From the NCBI RefSeq assembly GCF_025526975.1, contig NW_026515701.1:1-64000 (forward strand): a stretch of DNA of 64,000 bases, in the 5' to 3' direction. The translations under genes and the position numbers were made by a program. Of the stretch, positions 10,142-23,210 are shown piece by piece. Source of the stretch: Fimicolochytrium jonesii. Its lineage: Eukaryota. The number at the start of each line of letters is the position of its first letter. The stretch's first letter is position 1. The notes beneath the pieces were generated by a model. The model did not search any database. It was not told where the DNA came from and worked only from the letters and a program-made list of their open reading frames with translations.

Positions 10142-12840
10142 AGTGAATTTGACTGTGGATATGTGGAGGAGGAGGGGAAGGATTTGTTGCGTTCGTTGCT
10201 GTTGGGAAGGGGCAGGTGGAGGAAGGGGGAACGATGACGATGGGGTTTGCCGTCTCCAAGCTGCCCGTTGAATTGAAACCGTTAGGGACAAACGTTAGAC
10301 AGCGTCCGTCACGTGTTTGAATGCCCTTTGCGCGTCCTTCACGCCCTCCGCTCTCCAAATCTTCCCATCTCGAGAGGCGACGAGAGCTGCCTTCGGGACA
10401 GCCACGGAACATACAGATGTTCATAGCCGCAAGCAGACAAGGACGAAGAGTTGGGAAGCAAGGACTTCTTCCGAAAGCACCCGAGGAGACAACGCTTATC
10501 TTTGTTTGGCCTCGTTCGGCGGTGGAAACGGGTCGTCTGTGTCCGGTCGTCGTCACGGTCAGCATCGCCCGTCGTCGTACAGCTCGGCAACCTCTTCAGT
10601 ACTACAACTCTGCAAATACACAACCATGCATCTGCCACGATCAGGTATTTCGCTATCGGCCAGCCGCGGGCGCGCAGGCGCATGCTATCGCACTTTAAGG
10701 GTCGTAGTAGTTCGTCCATCGACATCACCTTACTCGACGTTTCAGTCAACGACGGCGATATCAGCAAACCCAGCGCTTTCCATACACAGAACAACCAGCA
10801 CTAACCATTACATCGCTCGCAGGCGCGGCTCTTGGCTGGTTATCGGGAATATTATGGGCTGTGCCGAAAAAGAAGACGACGCATAGAAAAACCATATTGC
10901 GCGACGTACCAGTTTTATCACTCTCTTTTTCACAACAGTGCATGAGAAGGGCGACATAGTGGCTCAAACCACTCCGGAACATCTGCACGGTCCTTTTTGC
11001 GCGAGTCCGACGCTGATCCATCATTTGTGCAGGCGTTGCACGAAGCAGATATCGAAGGAGTGAGTAAGCAGGATCCAGGAAGAAGTATATCACGATAAGG
11101 GTGGAATTCGAAGAAGTTAACGAGACGGCAGGCTGAAGAGGTTAAGGATTGGCTCTTTCCAGTTCGAGCTCTGTCGGAGGACTACGTCTTCTCCAACACC
11201 TCGATCGGACCTTAGCGAAGAGAAGGCCGTCGAGGTCAAAACTGCGGAACTGGCCTCGAGTGACGAATAGTAAAAGCGAGATTGAACATACCGCGGCGAT
11301 CGCGCCCCTCACTCAAACGGACATCACGAAGGAGCAGCTGTGACGGAACAGATCGCTACACTACATCCCCTCCGCGAGCCCTACTTCAGCAGATGTACCA
11401 GGGTTGAATTGCGCCCTCAGCAAATTCAAAGCTACTGTGGATCACCATCAGACCGACCGAGATAAGACTGCATGAGAAGAATATCAGACGGCTCCACGTC
11501 GAACACAAAGCGCAAAGAGGCGCGTTGGGGGAGGGCTCTTTGGCCGTCCGTCGGGACCATTGCAGCTAGATATTTGGCCTGGAACAACGTTACGACGAGA
11601 AAGACTTTGAACAATACAAGCATCGTTGCGAGTTGAGCGGCCGTCGCGAAACGTGGAGGAGGAGAACAAGAAAGATCAATAGTGGCAGAACCCTTTCGAA
11701 AAGCGAAGAAACGGCCGACACGGACGAACCATCCCGCCGTCAGGTTGATCGTATGTACTATATGTCAATGTGTTGTTCAATGAATATAGAATCAGCCAGG
11801 GCATGTCCCTGCTTGACATGGAGAAGTTCGGTGAAACGGCGGCCAGCGGAAGAGCAGAGTGGCCGGTGGAAATTCGTAGGGCGGAGAAACAGGAGGAGTG
11901 GGTGCGCTCGCGTTTGGCGCGACCCATCGAGCGAGACCGTCAGCAGAAACCGGTGGTATGAGAGAAGAGAAAGTGACCGAGGGGCGCGTCGCCGAGCAAG
12001 AGTGACAACGACTAGCGGAGATTGGCAGAGCGGAGGCAGAGACATCGACCGAGCAGCAGCGACTCAGAGTCGGGGAAGGGGAGCAGCATCATGCCGATCA
12101 AGTGCGAGTAGCTACGCAGAGAGGAGGAAGACGTGCCCAGGCGCAAAAGAGGTACACCGGGTAGCAGAGGAATGCGAGCCCAAAAGAAGCAGCGCTTGGA
12201 AGTACGCGTGACAGAGGAACGAGTACAGTACAGAACGCATCTGAGTTGCCCACGAATGACTCGTTCTTCTATGGCAGCAAGGGATCGAAGCCAGGTGCGA
12301 TAAGAGACATGGACGGAGTCCCGAGGGGATGAAAGTGCGGAAGTAGCCCTGCGAGCAGAACGTGCGCAGAACGTGCCACTCCCGCGGCAGCGTCGTATCG
12401 GGATTCGCCTTTGACGGAGACCCTGGCTCGGATGGCGACAAGGCAACTGGTGCCTGGCGGCAGCGTAGGAAGATGACGATACGCTAGATATAGATCCCGC
12501 ACATGATGAGAGTTAGCAGTCAGTTAGCAGTATAGATGCACGCGTGATAAGTTGAGCCCTTCATATCATAGTCAGTGTCGTTGTCAATCTTGAGGGCGTT
12601 GATGTGGCGCAGCAGCGCGTCTATTTTGACCCAGGACACTGAGTCTACTGAGTGCGTCACCATCATCAACCCTGAGGCAAGGTGGAAAGCAACTCTTAAA
12701 CGAGCGTGGGAAACTTGCAACGTTTGGCAAACACTTCCACAACATCGCAGCTGTCTTATCTCTACATATACAGCCGTAGCCCAAGCACAGACACAGCATT
12801 CGCCCTTTTCCTCCACCCGTACAGCTGAAATTCTGAAAGA

Positions 12841-15800
12841 ATGGTATGTGTGTTGCCGACACTATGTAGGGCAGAGTGGATGAACAGCCGCGCGTACTAG
12901 GAGCGAATGCCATCCCACCCGGCTACCCCACTCTCGCAGCCAAGCGCTGCAATGGCGTTGAAGATGCTGATTATCCTGCTCGGAAAAACGAAATACTGCA
13001 AGCTGACTATGTGTTGTTTTTGCGTCCATCCAGGCGGGTGCGTTAGAAAACGCCAGCAAATTGGTCAAGATTCGCGATGAGGAGGATGAGGGGGCTTTTG
13101 GTTACGTTTACTCTGTCTCTGGACCAGGTGCGACATGAGGAAACTAGTCATTTACGCCGGGACATGCCTTGATTCTGGGAATGTGGTCCGGAGGGAGCAT
13201 GGCGGGAAACCGATGGCGTGGGACTGAAGAAGGCTTTACTAATCGGCGATCCGCACATCTTGCGCGTCTTCTCATTTTTCCTTTCGATCCCTCTCGACAT
13301 ATTTGTTGATCTCGACAGTCGTGGTCGCTGAGCAGATGATTGGCTGTGCTATGTACGAGCTGGTAAGTTACCAGGCTCGCTCGTATCGATAGGCTTTGGT
13401 ATAGGCGGGGAAAATTACTGACAGGGCTGCATTTGGGCATGTGTTGCGTAGGTTCGTGTAGGACACTATGAGCTTGTTGGAGAGGTCATCCGTATCGATG
13501 GTGACAAGGCGACGTTGCAAGTTTACGAGGACACTTGTAAGTGGAGTCATTGGATAGCAGTGCCAATCAGCTGTCGACATGCCCTCGATATGTCAATTTT
13601 CGCGGTGGAGCGTCTGCAGACCCAGTGAAACATCTTTGTCTTACCGCTCGTTCCTTCCAAACAGCGGGAGTTACGGTCGGAGACCCTGTCTTGAAGACCG
13701 GGAAGCCTCTATCCGTCGAATTGGGTCCCGGTATCTGCTCCAACATCTTTGACGGAATCCAACGGCCTTTGCAAGCCATTCAGGAGGTGTCTCAAAGTAT
13801 CTACATTCCGCGTGGTATAAATACACCTGCGCTTGACAAGAAGCTCAGCTGGGACTTCGAGCCTGTTAACTACAAGGTACATCCAGATTTCCACGCAGTG
13901 ACCCAACGTAGAGGCTGACTGTTTCTCCGATATGTAGGTCGGAGATCATATCACGGGAGGCGACATTTACGGAAAGGTTTACGAGAACAGTTTCATCACA
14001 AACCACGGCATTATGCTTCCGCCAAAAGCTGCGGGTACCATCACATACATCGCGCCAAAGGGACAATATAACCTTACGGTAAGCACAGACACGTACAAAC
14101 CGACCATCAACAGATTGTGAAGCTCATGTCCATCATCCTGAATAGGACACGGTTTTGGAAGTGGAGTTCAACGGAGAGAAGACGAAATACACCATGTTGC
14201 AGACATGGCCCGTCCGTAGCCCCCGTCCAGTCACGGACAAGCTGGCGGCCGACTACCCTCTGCTCACCGGTCAGCGTGTGCTCGATGCGCTTTTCCCGTA
14301 AGTTTGAAAGAGCGTCCGGTAACGTGCAGAAATGGGCCACTCGATCTAATAACGTTACGGCAGATGTGTACAAGGCGGAACTACCGCTATCCCCGGAGCT
14401 TTCGGATGCGGCAAGACCGTCATCTCTCAAGCGTTGTCGAAATACTCCAACTCCGACGTGATCATTTACGTCGGGTGCGGAGAGCGTGGAAACGAGATGG
14501 CGGAAGTACTCATGGACTTCCCAGAGGTAGGGTTGAAAGGATCTTCGCGCATTCTGCATCGGAAAGCCGTCTTCGGAGTGAAGGACTTACACTACCTCCT
14601 CCATAGCTCTCCATCGAAATCGACGGGCGCAAGGAGCCCATCATGAAGCGTACAGCCCTGGTGGCCAACACCTCCAACATGCCTGTTGCCGCCCGTGAAG
14701 CCTCTATCTACACGGGTATCACTCTCTCCGAGTACTTCCGTGATCAGGGCAAGAACGTGGCCATGATGGCTGACTCGACCTCTCGTTGGGCTGAGGCATT
14801 GCGTGAGATTTCGGGCCGTTTGGCTGAAATGCCTGCTGGTATGTGCAGATGTTACAACGGTTGGTGATTATGGCGGCGTTTGACGCGTTTGTGCCTGTGC
14901 AGATTCTGGTTACCCTGCCTACTTGGGAGCCAAGCTTGCATCCTTCTACGAGCGTGCCGGTAAAGTTGTTTGTCTTGGAAACCCAAGACGACAAGGATCT
15001 GTTTCCATCGTCGGCGCGTGAGTACAAGCGCTGGCTGCCTTCCATTCGAAGCTGTCAATCTTACTCCCTTCCTCCAAACCCCAGTGTATCACCTCCCGGA
15101 GGAGACTTCTCGGATCCCGTGACGCTCGCCACCCTTGGTATTGTGCAGGTCTTCTGGGGTTTGGACAAGAAGCTCGCGCAGCGCAAGCACTTCCCCTCCG
15201 TCAACTGGTCCGTCAGTTACTCAAAGTACATGAAGGCTTTGGACGCGTACTACGAGGGCTTCGACCCGGAGTTCACCAACATCAGGACTAAGGCTAAGGA
15301 AGTGCTGCAGTCTGAGGAGGATTTGTCTGAAATCGTGCAGTTAGTTGGAAAGGTAAACTATTGGGGACGTTCTCCGACATGTTGAATTTGGGACCTTGGT
15401 TGCTGACACATCCCCTTCTTCCCCTTCCGAAATACAATAGTCCGCCCTCGCCGAATCCGACAAGATCACTCTCGAAATCGCCAAAATCCTTAAAGACGAC
15501 TTTTTGCAACAGAACGGTTACTCCGCTTACGACCGCTACTGCCCCTTCTACAAGACCACCGGCATGCTGAAGAATATGATGGGATTCTACGATATGGCGC
15601 GGCACACCGTTGAAGCGTCTTCGGGCACCGTTACGTGGGCGAAGATTAGGGATAACATGGGTGATATGATTTACAAGCTTAGCTCGATGAAGTTTGAGGT
15701 ATGTTCGGAGTTTTTGTTAGCTGGATGAAGAGGGTCGAGTTTGAAGAACTGATATGATTCTCTTTCTACAAACAGGACCCAGCAGATGGCGAGGATGTTA

Positions 15801-15865
15801 TTAAGGAACGGTACGCCACTCTGCACAAGGATATGGACGAGCGGTTCCGGGCTCTCTTGGATTGA
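12841..15865 (+). CDS. VMA1: V-type H+-ATPase catalytic subunit A (multi-exon, no intein)
   Basis: [67 protein letters not shown] at 15863-65. An ATG-only first exon is inferred. Confidence 0.97.
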
Positions 15866-16156
15866 GATGTGTTATAGTACTTCAAATCAAAAACTTTTCG
15901 TCAACTTCTGATTTCTGATGGTTGCTCGCGGACAAATTCACGCATAGCGACCTTTATAAAGCACTCTCTTGCATGAGCCGAAAGCTTGATTTGCCATTAT
16001 ATCGAAAGTGCAGGGAATCCGGCGGGGATCCCGTGCAAATCTCGGAAACTATGATCGCATGGATGATCTATCAAAACATGCGGTGCGGTATAAATCCCCA
16101 AATTCTACGCTATACTCCGTCCGCGTCCGTCGAGTCTTTTTCACGGTAGTCTTTTC

Positions 16157-16968
16157 CTACATGGTGGTTCGCATCCTGATGAGCTCCGTGACCAGCGCCT
16201 GCATTGAATGTTCTACGGCGTCATTATAGGTGTAGCTTTCAATGCAAGAGTAGCCCGCCTCCTTCGCATCAGAAACAGGCGCGAGAATGACATCTCCCGC
16301 AACCCAGCCTGGTTGATGCCCACACGCCAGCCGCATCGTATCCAGAAGTCTTCCACACACGCCTGGTATATCAATGCCCTGGCGGAGTCCATGTGCCGGT
16401 GAGTCGCAAGTAAGAATGTGGTTGCTGCGATCGTGCTCAATCCGTCCTCTCCCAACCCCGGCAAAGCTATCGTGGTACGCAGCCCAAGCTTGGGCCCAAC
16501 CGTGGGCAGCCCAAAAACGCGTATCCCCTCTAGAGTCAGGCTCGGAACTTCTAAGTTTAGGCTTTGGTTACGATCGCGGGATTGGTGAAGACGAACGCGG
16601 ATAGGATGAGTGAAATTGATGTTGGGTGCGAGCGTGCTGAACCAGTTTAAGGGATCCGTTCGGACTGTGTCGTCGTCGTCGTCGTTGTCGTGGCTGGTAC
16701 ATGAATATGAGAGAGCGAGGAACCCATATCGGGTACGGTTGCGGCCGCTGCTCACTCTCAGGAATATGGTGCCCACCTTCGTTGCTTGATAATACTCGAT
16801 CAAAAGCGCAAGGTAGTTGTGGTTTGCAGCGTTGAAGTCGGTGTACCTGTCGGAAGGTTGTCGGAAGTATGGTTGACCGCCTCGGTATGAAGGGATGGCG
16901 GAGACTTGAGAGCGGCAATAACGTCGCCGTTGCGTCGGCATACTTCCTGTAGAGGCCGCCAACCGCAC
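16157..16968 (-). CDS. Hypothetical protein (structure uncertain)
   Basis: A 251-aa ORF plus overlapping ORF 16157..16360. No motif recognised. Confidence 0.3.
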
Positions 16969-17124
16969 AAGGGGTTGTTTGATTGTGTGGCCATTGTTGC
17001 CGTCGGAGAATGCAGTTCAGGATGCATTGGAGGTGAAATGGAATAACGAAAGCGAGGAAGCAGAGTTTTGACAGCGTGCCCGGTTTTTGACAGCGACCGA
17101 CTCCGACATATCTGTTGGATTCGC

Positions 17125-17355
17125 GGGCGTGACTAGTGGGTGACTCGTGCTAAATGTGGGTAACTCACCTCCAGAATAAGACTTTTTTACAGCCAAAGTG
17201 AACCATTTGATTAACAAACCTAGCCCCTTTGCCTTCGGTGAGTCGGCCTTACCCGGCCTCCTACAACCAGGGTCTACCGGCAACTGTCTAACTAGTCTAA
17301 CCCTAGCCCGAGTTACTCACATTTAGCAACGAGTTACCCACTTCTAGTCAATCCC
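17125..17355. mobile_element. Mutator-like MITE
   Basis: 9-bp target duplication TGGATTCGC at 17116-17124 and 17356-17364. Imperfect ~40-bp TIRs starting GGG (GGGCGTGACTAG...GCTAAATGTGGGTAACTC). Confidence 0.85.
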
Positions 17356-18170
17356 TGGATTCGCACGCTTCCTCTTCCAGCCAAAAAATGGCATCGTTAC
17401 TACCAGGGAAACCCCTCGATCATCCAAGAGAAGGACAGAAGTCGTGGTATCTTAAGTGCAGGGTATATTGACGTATAATTTACTATGACAGTCAGGCGTC
17501 CTAGTCTAGTGCTTCTAAATATACGCGAACGGCATCTTCGTACCGCTGGCCACCTACTGTTTCGCCTTTTCGAGCGATGTACGGAACATCGGCGCATCAG
17601 TCGCCCCCCTTCGCGGCTGATCCACGCTGATGGTCTTCAAGCCATGAGCTTGGGAAACCTTGCTTGACGAATGATCTACTTTCCCGGCCTCAACATTCTC
17701 CGTCGACGGCACTTCCAAAGTCTCAACACTGTCCGACAAAGTTGTCTTAGATAAAAGACTTGGGCTCTTGTCTAGCCGTTTCCACCACTGAGCACGCCGT
17801 GCCAATTGGTCACACCATCCTCAGTTTGCCAAGTGAGTTTGCGTCAGCTCGTCTTCCACGTCGCTTTGTCCCGATCAGGAAAAACAAAAGAGAACATTGC
17901 GCATCACAATAAACGTATTCATCTTGATACGTCCCTCGGGCATGAAGGGGTCAACGCTCCCGTTATGTTGACGTCTCCGCGGCAAGATTGAGTCTCGCCC
18001 GAAATGTAGACTTCTATATTACTCCCCTCCCTTTACCTCATCATCTCGGACAGTAGAGTACCATAGATCTCAGACTAGTACGCCCTTTCAATTACAACTT
18101 GTAGCTTCGGAACCTCATGTATCGATGAATGCTATATATGCATTTACAGATTTTCCTCTTCTCGCCGTGG

Positions 18171-18911
18171 CTACACACGCGTGTTGTCGGTGGTGGATTG
18201 CTCAAGTCCCAAATCATGGGCGGGGATAAACTGCCTCTGCCACGTAGTTTCTTGCGAAAGCGTCTCAACCTGGTTAAGGATCTCCCTGCCTTCCGACCAT
18301 CCCAGGTACGATGAAAGCCACAACACAGTGGCAAAAGGCGCAGTGACGGCGGCTTCAAAGATGCGTAAGGCGGGTTGCTTGCCTTCAAAGACCACGTGAG
18401 CCTGACCCTGGGCCGCAAAGGCGATAGCCGAGCATGTAGCGGCACCAGCAGCCCATGCAAAAGGGTTCACCGGTCGCACGCGTTGAGCGGCCTTGTACAT
18501 AGCCGCGGCACCGAGACCGACGGCCCCCATGTACGCCGTGGCAGGGATCAACGTTTCCGGGAAGAGATTCGTAAAGTACGCCGTGTAGATGGCCGGGATG
18601 CCGAAAACCAGTGCAGATGGGCGAGAGGACCGCACGGCGGTAGCGGTAGCCTCCTTGACGCCCATGCGAGCGATGGGCAGCGGTGCCAGCGTAGTTGACG
18701 CAAATGCAAAGCCTAGCCCGACGGAGCAGACATGAAGGGCTCTGTTTTGAGGACTACGGTGGTACCATGAAACGAAGGCGAGTTCGTCAGCGAGAGTTGC
18801 ACCGTTTGCGAAGAACGGCGAGGAATAGGAGCGAAGACGCTGGAGCACGCGCTGCTTCTGCTCGATGTTGAGCATCGCGGGCGCTTTCGCAATCGATTGC
18901 TTCTGGTCCAT
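18171..18911 (-). CDS. Mpo1/DUF962-like membrane protein
   Basis: Single exon with YHRSPQNRALH and QGQAHVVFEGKQPAL motifs and hydrophobic segments. Confidence 0.8.
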   Translation of the reverse strand: MDQKQSIAKAPAMLNIEQKQRVLQRLRSYSSPFFANGATLADELAFVSWYHRSPQNRALHVCSVGLGFAFASTTLAPLPIARMGVKEATATAVRSSRPSALVFGIPAIYTAYFTNLFPETLIPATAYMGAVGLGAAAMYKAAQRVRPVNPFAWAAGAATCSAIAFAAQGQAHVVFEGKQPALRIFEAAVTAPFATVLWLSSYLGWSEGREILNQVETLSQETTWQRQFIPAHDLGLEQSTTDNTRV

Positions 18912-19016
18912 GGCGACGCTTGACGGCGAAAGGAAAGCAGACCTGAAGGTAGAAGCGGCAGACGGTCGTAGGGCGATGAATGCAGCGATGGACTTTGGAC
19001 CCAGCGTACATATGTA

Positions 19017-19353
19017 CAGTCACGTCTCGTTTATTTCAATTCCGGTTACTTCAACTTTCGCTTATTTCAACGGTCAGAGGGTTAAGGTTAGGGTTAGGGT
19101 TCGGGTAACATTGACTTTGACAACACTGGGAGCACGAGGCATGAGCACACTGAAGAGTTCATTGCTCGCCAGATTCTTAGTGAGGAAGGGTTGGAGGTTA
19201 TGGGGTTAGCCTAGGGAGTGCCTGTTCACCGAGCTTAGCGTAGGGTTTAATTGCGTACCCGTTTGTATACCCTTAGTACGAGGAGGATTTCAGATATTTC
19301 AACTTTCGCTTATTTCAAGGGTCAACGGTGTTGAAATAAACAAGACGTGACTG
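19017..19353. mobile_element. Tc1/mariner-superfamily (pogo-like) MITE
   Basis: TA duplication. 23-bp TIRs CAGTCACGTCT(C/T)GTTTATTTCAA. Internal direct repeat TTCAACTTTCGCTTATTTCAA and TTAGGG-like units at ~19078-19101. Confidence 0.9.
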
Positions 19354-19363
19354 TATGTACGTA

Positions 19364-20772
19364 CAGCCAGGGAACATAAACCTGTAACCCCCGCCAAGCA
19401 AGTCAGTGTCTGCTGGCGCGTGCGTGACTCATCATCACCAACTCGGCTTGCACCGTGTCTCAGATCTGAAAGCCATCCCCGCTTTTTCAATGCAACGACT
19501 CATCATCCTTGCTCAACGGGGGGCTAGCTACAACTAATACCTAGTTATGCCTCCGTCAGCCGCAATCACACTGGCCATCCTCGACGGCATGGAATTCACC
19601 AGATTATCGAGATGTCGTTCCATGGTCGGCCACAACTGCTGAACAATCGTATCCAGTGTTGCCGCCGTCCGATTGGCCTTTGAGACCTCTCGCTTGATGA
19701 CTGACCACAGATTTTCGATAGGATTGAGGTCCGGGCTCTGCGCAGGCCAAGGCATAACCTCAATCCCATGTTCCTCAAAAAACTGTCGTGTCTCAACCGA
19801 CGTGTGAATGGGAGCATTGTCCTGCATGAACAATGGATTAGGAATAAAGAGCTCAAGGTTCTGCCACATGGGCAAGAAGTGAGTAGTAAGATGTTGGACA
19901 TAAGCAGTGGAATTGAGGCCAGTGCGATTTTGACCCTCACGCTGAACACGTTGCATCTGCGCCATTGGACCAACTGCGTTTCCAATAAATGCTCCCCAAA
20001 ACAAGTTTTGCGGCCACTCCTTCGAGTCCCTGTAACACAATCAGGATGAAGACGTTCAGTTCGAAGACGCCAGCATCGCATTTTGGGCACCCAACCAATC
20101 TCAAATGATGTCTCATCCGTCCAAACCACGCGGGACCAGTCCTGTGCTGTCCAATGCTGTCGTTCAAGCGCAAATGCAAGCCGTGCAGCCCGGTGCTGTG
20201 CAGTCAGGAAAGGTTTGCGAACTTTGAAACGGGATGTCAGGTGCAGATATCGGTGAAGGTAACGACGCACGGTCTTCCAGTGTGCCTGAACACCTGTAAG
20301 GGTGGTGAAGTTGGAAGTAATTTCCTTCAGTGTTTTCTCTTGAGTCTCACTGGACGCAACAACAAGAAGGCGAAAGGCCTCCAACTCCTCATCTGAAGGT
20401 TGATACTTAGCTGGTCCCCCCGGCGGCTTCTTGGATTGATAGGAGGCAGGGTCATCAGCAATGTCGTTTGCAAACCTCCGTACGGTGTTCTTGAAGGTGC
20501 TCAAACAGACTCCCTGGTCTCTGGCTATCTCTCCTTTGTTTTTCCCTGCCCTATGGAGCGCAACTATGGCTGCCCTCTTCTGTGGAGTGAGAGGTTTGCC
20601 CATTTCCGTCGTTGTTGTTGTGAAGATTCCAACCTCGCCATTGCCATCGCCATTCTGGCCTGACCTGGCCTGGCCTGCCGCTGGCCAGGCTGGCCCGCTG
20701 CACGGCGCGTCTCTTGTGACACGGACACTGAATTCCATTAAGAGGTGGGTATAGCTTTATGTTCCCTGGCTG
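19364..20772 (-). mobile_element. Full-length Tc1 (DD34E) transposon
   Basis: TA duplication at 19362-63 and 20773-74. TIR CAGCCAGGGAACATAAA(C/G)CT(G/A)TA at both ends. Confidence 0.95.
19534..20603 (-). pseudogene. Tc1 transposase with one frameshift
   Basis: HTH start MGKPLTPQKR, VVWTDET, FMQDNAPIH and WPAQSPDLNPIENLW (34 residues between D and E). Frameshift near 20005. Confidence 0.92.
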
Positions 20773-21808
20773 TACAGGCATAGAATTGGGCTGGCTGAGG
20801 CTTGGGCGCTGAGTGCGCCCAGCCCACTGTCCGGCGCCTTTTCGGCCGTCGACCGTCGGAAGTTTGTCGTCCATGATTTGATGATGCTGCGCTTTTCAGC
20901 TCCGTGCTGTCAAAATCGTGTTGAAAGCTGTCAATATTTCTCGAGCCCACACTGTCTTTCTTTGAGAAACGAGTATGCAGTGGACGATGCCGACCCGATA
21001 TGTTTCAACATTCGTTTCGTAGTTTTTATGCGTTAAAGTAACAATTAGTTTTGCATCACTTTTGATACATGCATCAGCGCGACATCGCATCGGGAAAGGG
21101 GAAACGGAATCTCAAAAATCTTTGATCGTCGGGCATGCCACAAGTAAAACGAATCTGCCCAGTTTGCTGACTCGCCCGCTCTTCGAAAAGCTCAGCCTCT
21201 CCTATGGCGTCTTTTCCCTCGTTAAACTCCAGGCAATATGAGATTAGTAAATCGAACCTGGAATCAGGTCTAACAACGCAAGCAAAAACTGCCCAATCCC
21301 AACGTTCGATGTTGCGGAAGAATTCTGGCAAAACTACCCCTTGTCATCCTAAGGATATCATAAAGGTGCACTCTAACCGATTTGGCTTGTCGGTAAAGAT
21401 ACTCGTCACCGAATTTGCACTTGTTTTCAGATCCGCCCAGCACTTTTTTGATTACTGAAGTCGCGGGGTAACGTGGCATGCTGAAGGCGGTGGAAACTGA
21501 ACGGCGGAGGATTGTGAGGAAGATCAAGAGGTGCTTCTGAAAGGGTGGGTACGGGCTTCTATATGAGGGTCGTGCGCTCCCAGGCAACTTAGGTAAGAGC
21601 CGGCGCGCCGACAAGTGGCGACAAAGCCTGCGACAAGTTACGCGGTTGTTGTCGGTTTGTTATCCATGGTGCAACAACCACAACTCACATGACCAGAGCT
21701 TAAAACCTTACAAAAGAGATCTCGAGTCAAACGGTAACCCTCAAAAGCGCACATAACATCACAATGTGACAAACAACGAAACCCGTTGGAGTGTGTAGAG
21801 TTCTCACA

Positions 21809-23210
21809 ATGATCGAGCTGGCAGAGATAGATACGACGTGCTCCTCGACAGGTCCCTACCGCCACGTCAACGAGGGTCCAGCGACGACGCCGGAACGTGT
21901 TATCGCTATACCCGACAACGCCGACGGACGAGATCCTTTCTATCTTGCCTCCCGGGTCGTTTCGGACCAGGACCTAGACAGTCTCCTCCGCAACCGGAAG
22001 CGGGGGCGCAAGGACCATGTTGCTAATTTCTATCGCGAGCAAAACGACGAGATCCGGCGGTTCTTGGCGGAACCGGAGAAAGAGGGAACAGCAGCAGGAG
22101 ACAAAGAAAATGCGTCAAAAGGACTGGCGGCTGCGATAGCAATCAAAGGATCTTTTGTGGCAAATATCCTCCTATCCATCCTGCAACTCTACGCCGCTAT
22201 TTCGTCGGGATCTATGTCACTTTTTGCGACCATGGCAGATTCGATCTTCGATCCTTTCAGCAATCTGATCTTGAATCTGGCTCATAAAACGAGCGTCAAG
22301 TGGGACATTGAGAAGTTTCCTAGTGGAAAGGCGAGGATGGAGACCATCGGAAACATCGTTTACGCATGTTTGATGGCGACTGTTTCGGTGGTCTTGGTGG
22401 TAAGTTTTCCGGCGATTTACATTTGGAGCCAAAGCATTTATACACTGCTAACATTGAATTTAAAGGTTGAGTCTTTGCGCACGATACTAAGTCATAGCGG
22501 AGAAGATGTCCTCACTATCAACATTCCGTCCGTTATTTCAGTTGGAATCGCATTTGCAGTCAAGTTCGCGCTGTTCTTGTACTGTTTTTCGTTGCGAAAC
22601 AGCGACTCGCAAATCCGGATGCTTTGGGAGGATCACCGTAACGACTTGTTCGTAAACGCTTTCGGTATTCTTACCAACGTCGGCGGCGGAAAGTTGAAAT
22701 GGTGGATCGATCCCGCTGGGGCTATCGTGATAAGCATTGCGATTCTGGCTTCATGGAGCAAAACCGCATATGGTATGGTCCACAATTTCTCAGATATCGT
22801 CGACAATTGGTATTGCTAAGATTAATCTTCTATTCTCGTCCTCTCGCAGAGCAATTTCAACTGTTGGCCGGTGTTTCGGCTTCCAACTCTTACATCCGCT
22901 TCCTCATTTACAAGGCACTCACCTTTGACGAAAGGATACAGAAGATCGACACGTGTCGAGCGTATTACTCAGGGCCGAAGCTAATCGTGGAAGTCGACGT
23001 CGTTATGGAGCCTGCCACTCCATTGTGGGAAGCACACAATGTCAGCGAGGCGCTACAGGTGGCTTTGGAAAGATTGTCTCAAGTCGAAAGGGCCTATGTG
23101 CATGTGGACTTTGAGACGGACCATAAACCAGTGAGTACACCAATGTTCCCTTTCTGGTTGGTTGCTTCTCAACGTCCAAATGTCCCTCCCAGGAGCACCG
23201 GAGCCAATAA
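21809..23210 (+). CDS. Cation diffusion facilitator (Mn-CDF/MTP-like) metal transporter
   Basis: ATMADSIFDPFSN, FPSGKARMET, WEDHRNDLFVN, WWIDPAGAI, VERAYVHVDFE. Three short introns. Confidence 0.93.

Noticed and set aside
10300..12800. Many overlapping ORFs between ADK1 and VMA1
   Set aside because: No motif or consistent exon chain was found; one signal-peptide-like start (11623) hits a stop after 63 codons.
14455..14500. VMA1 intein (VDE)
   Set aside because: [13 protein letters not shown] is uninterrupted at the canonical insertion site.
20880..21614. Possible spliced or degraded minus-strand gene next to the Tc1
   Set aside because: The fragments look protein-like, but I could not build a coherent model or assign a family.
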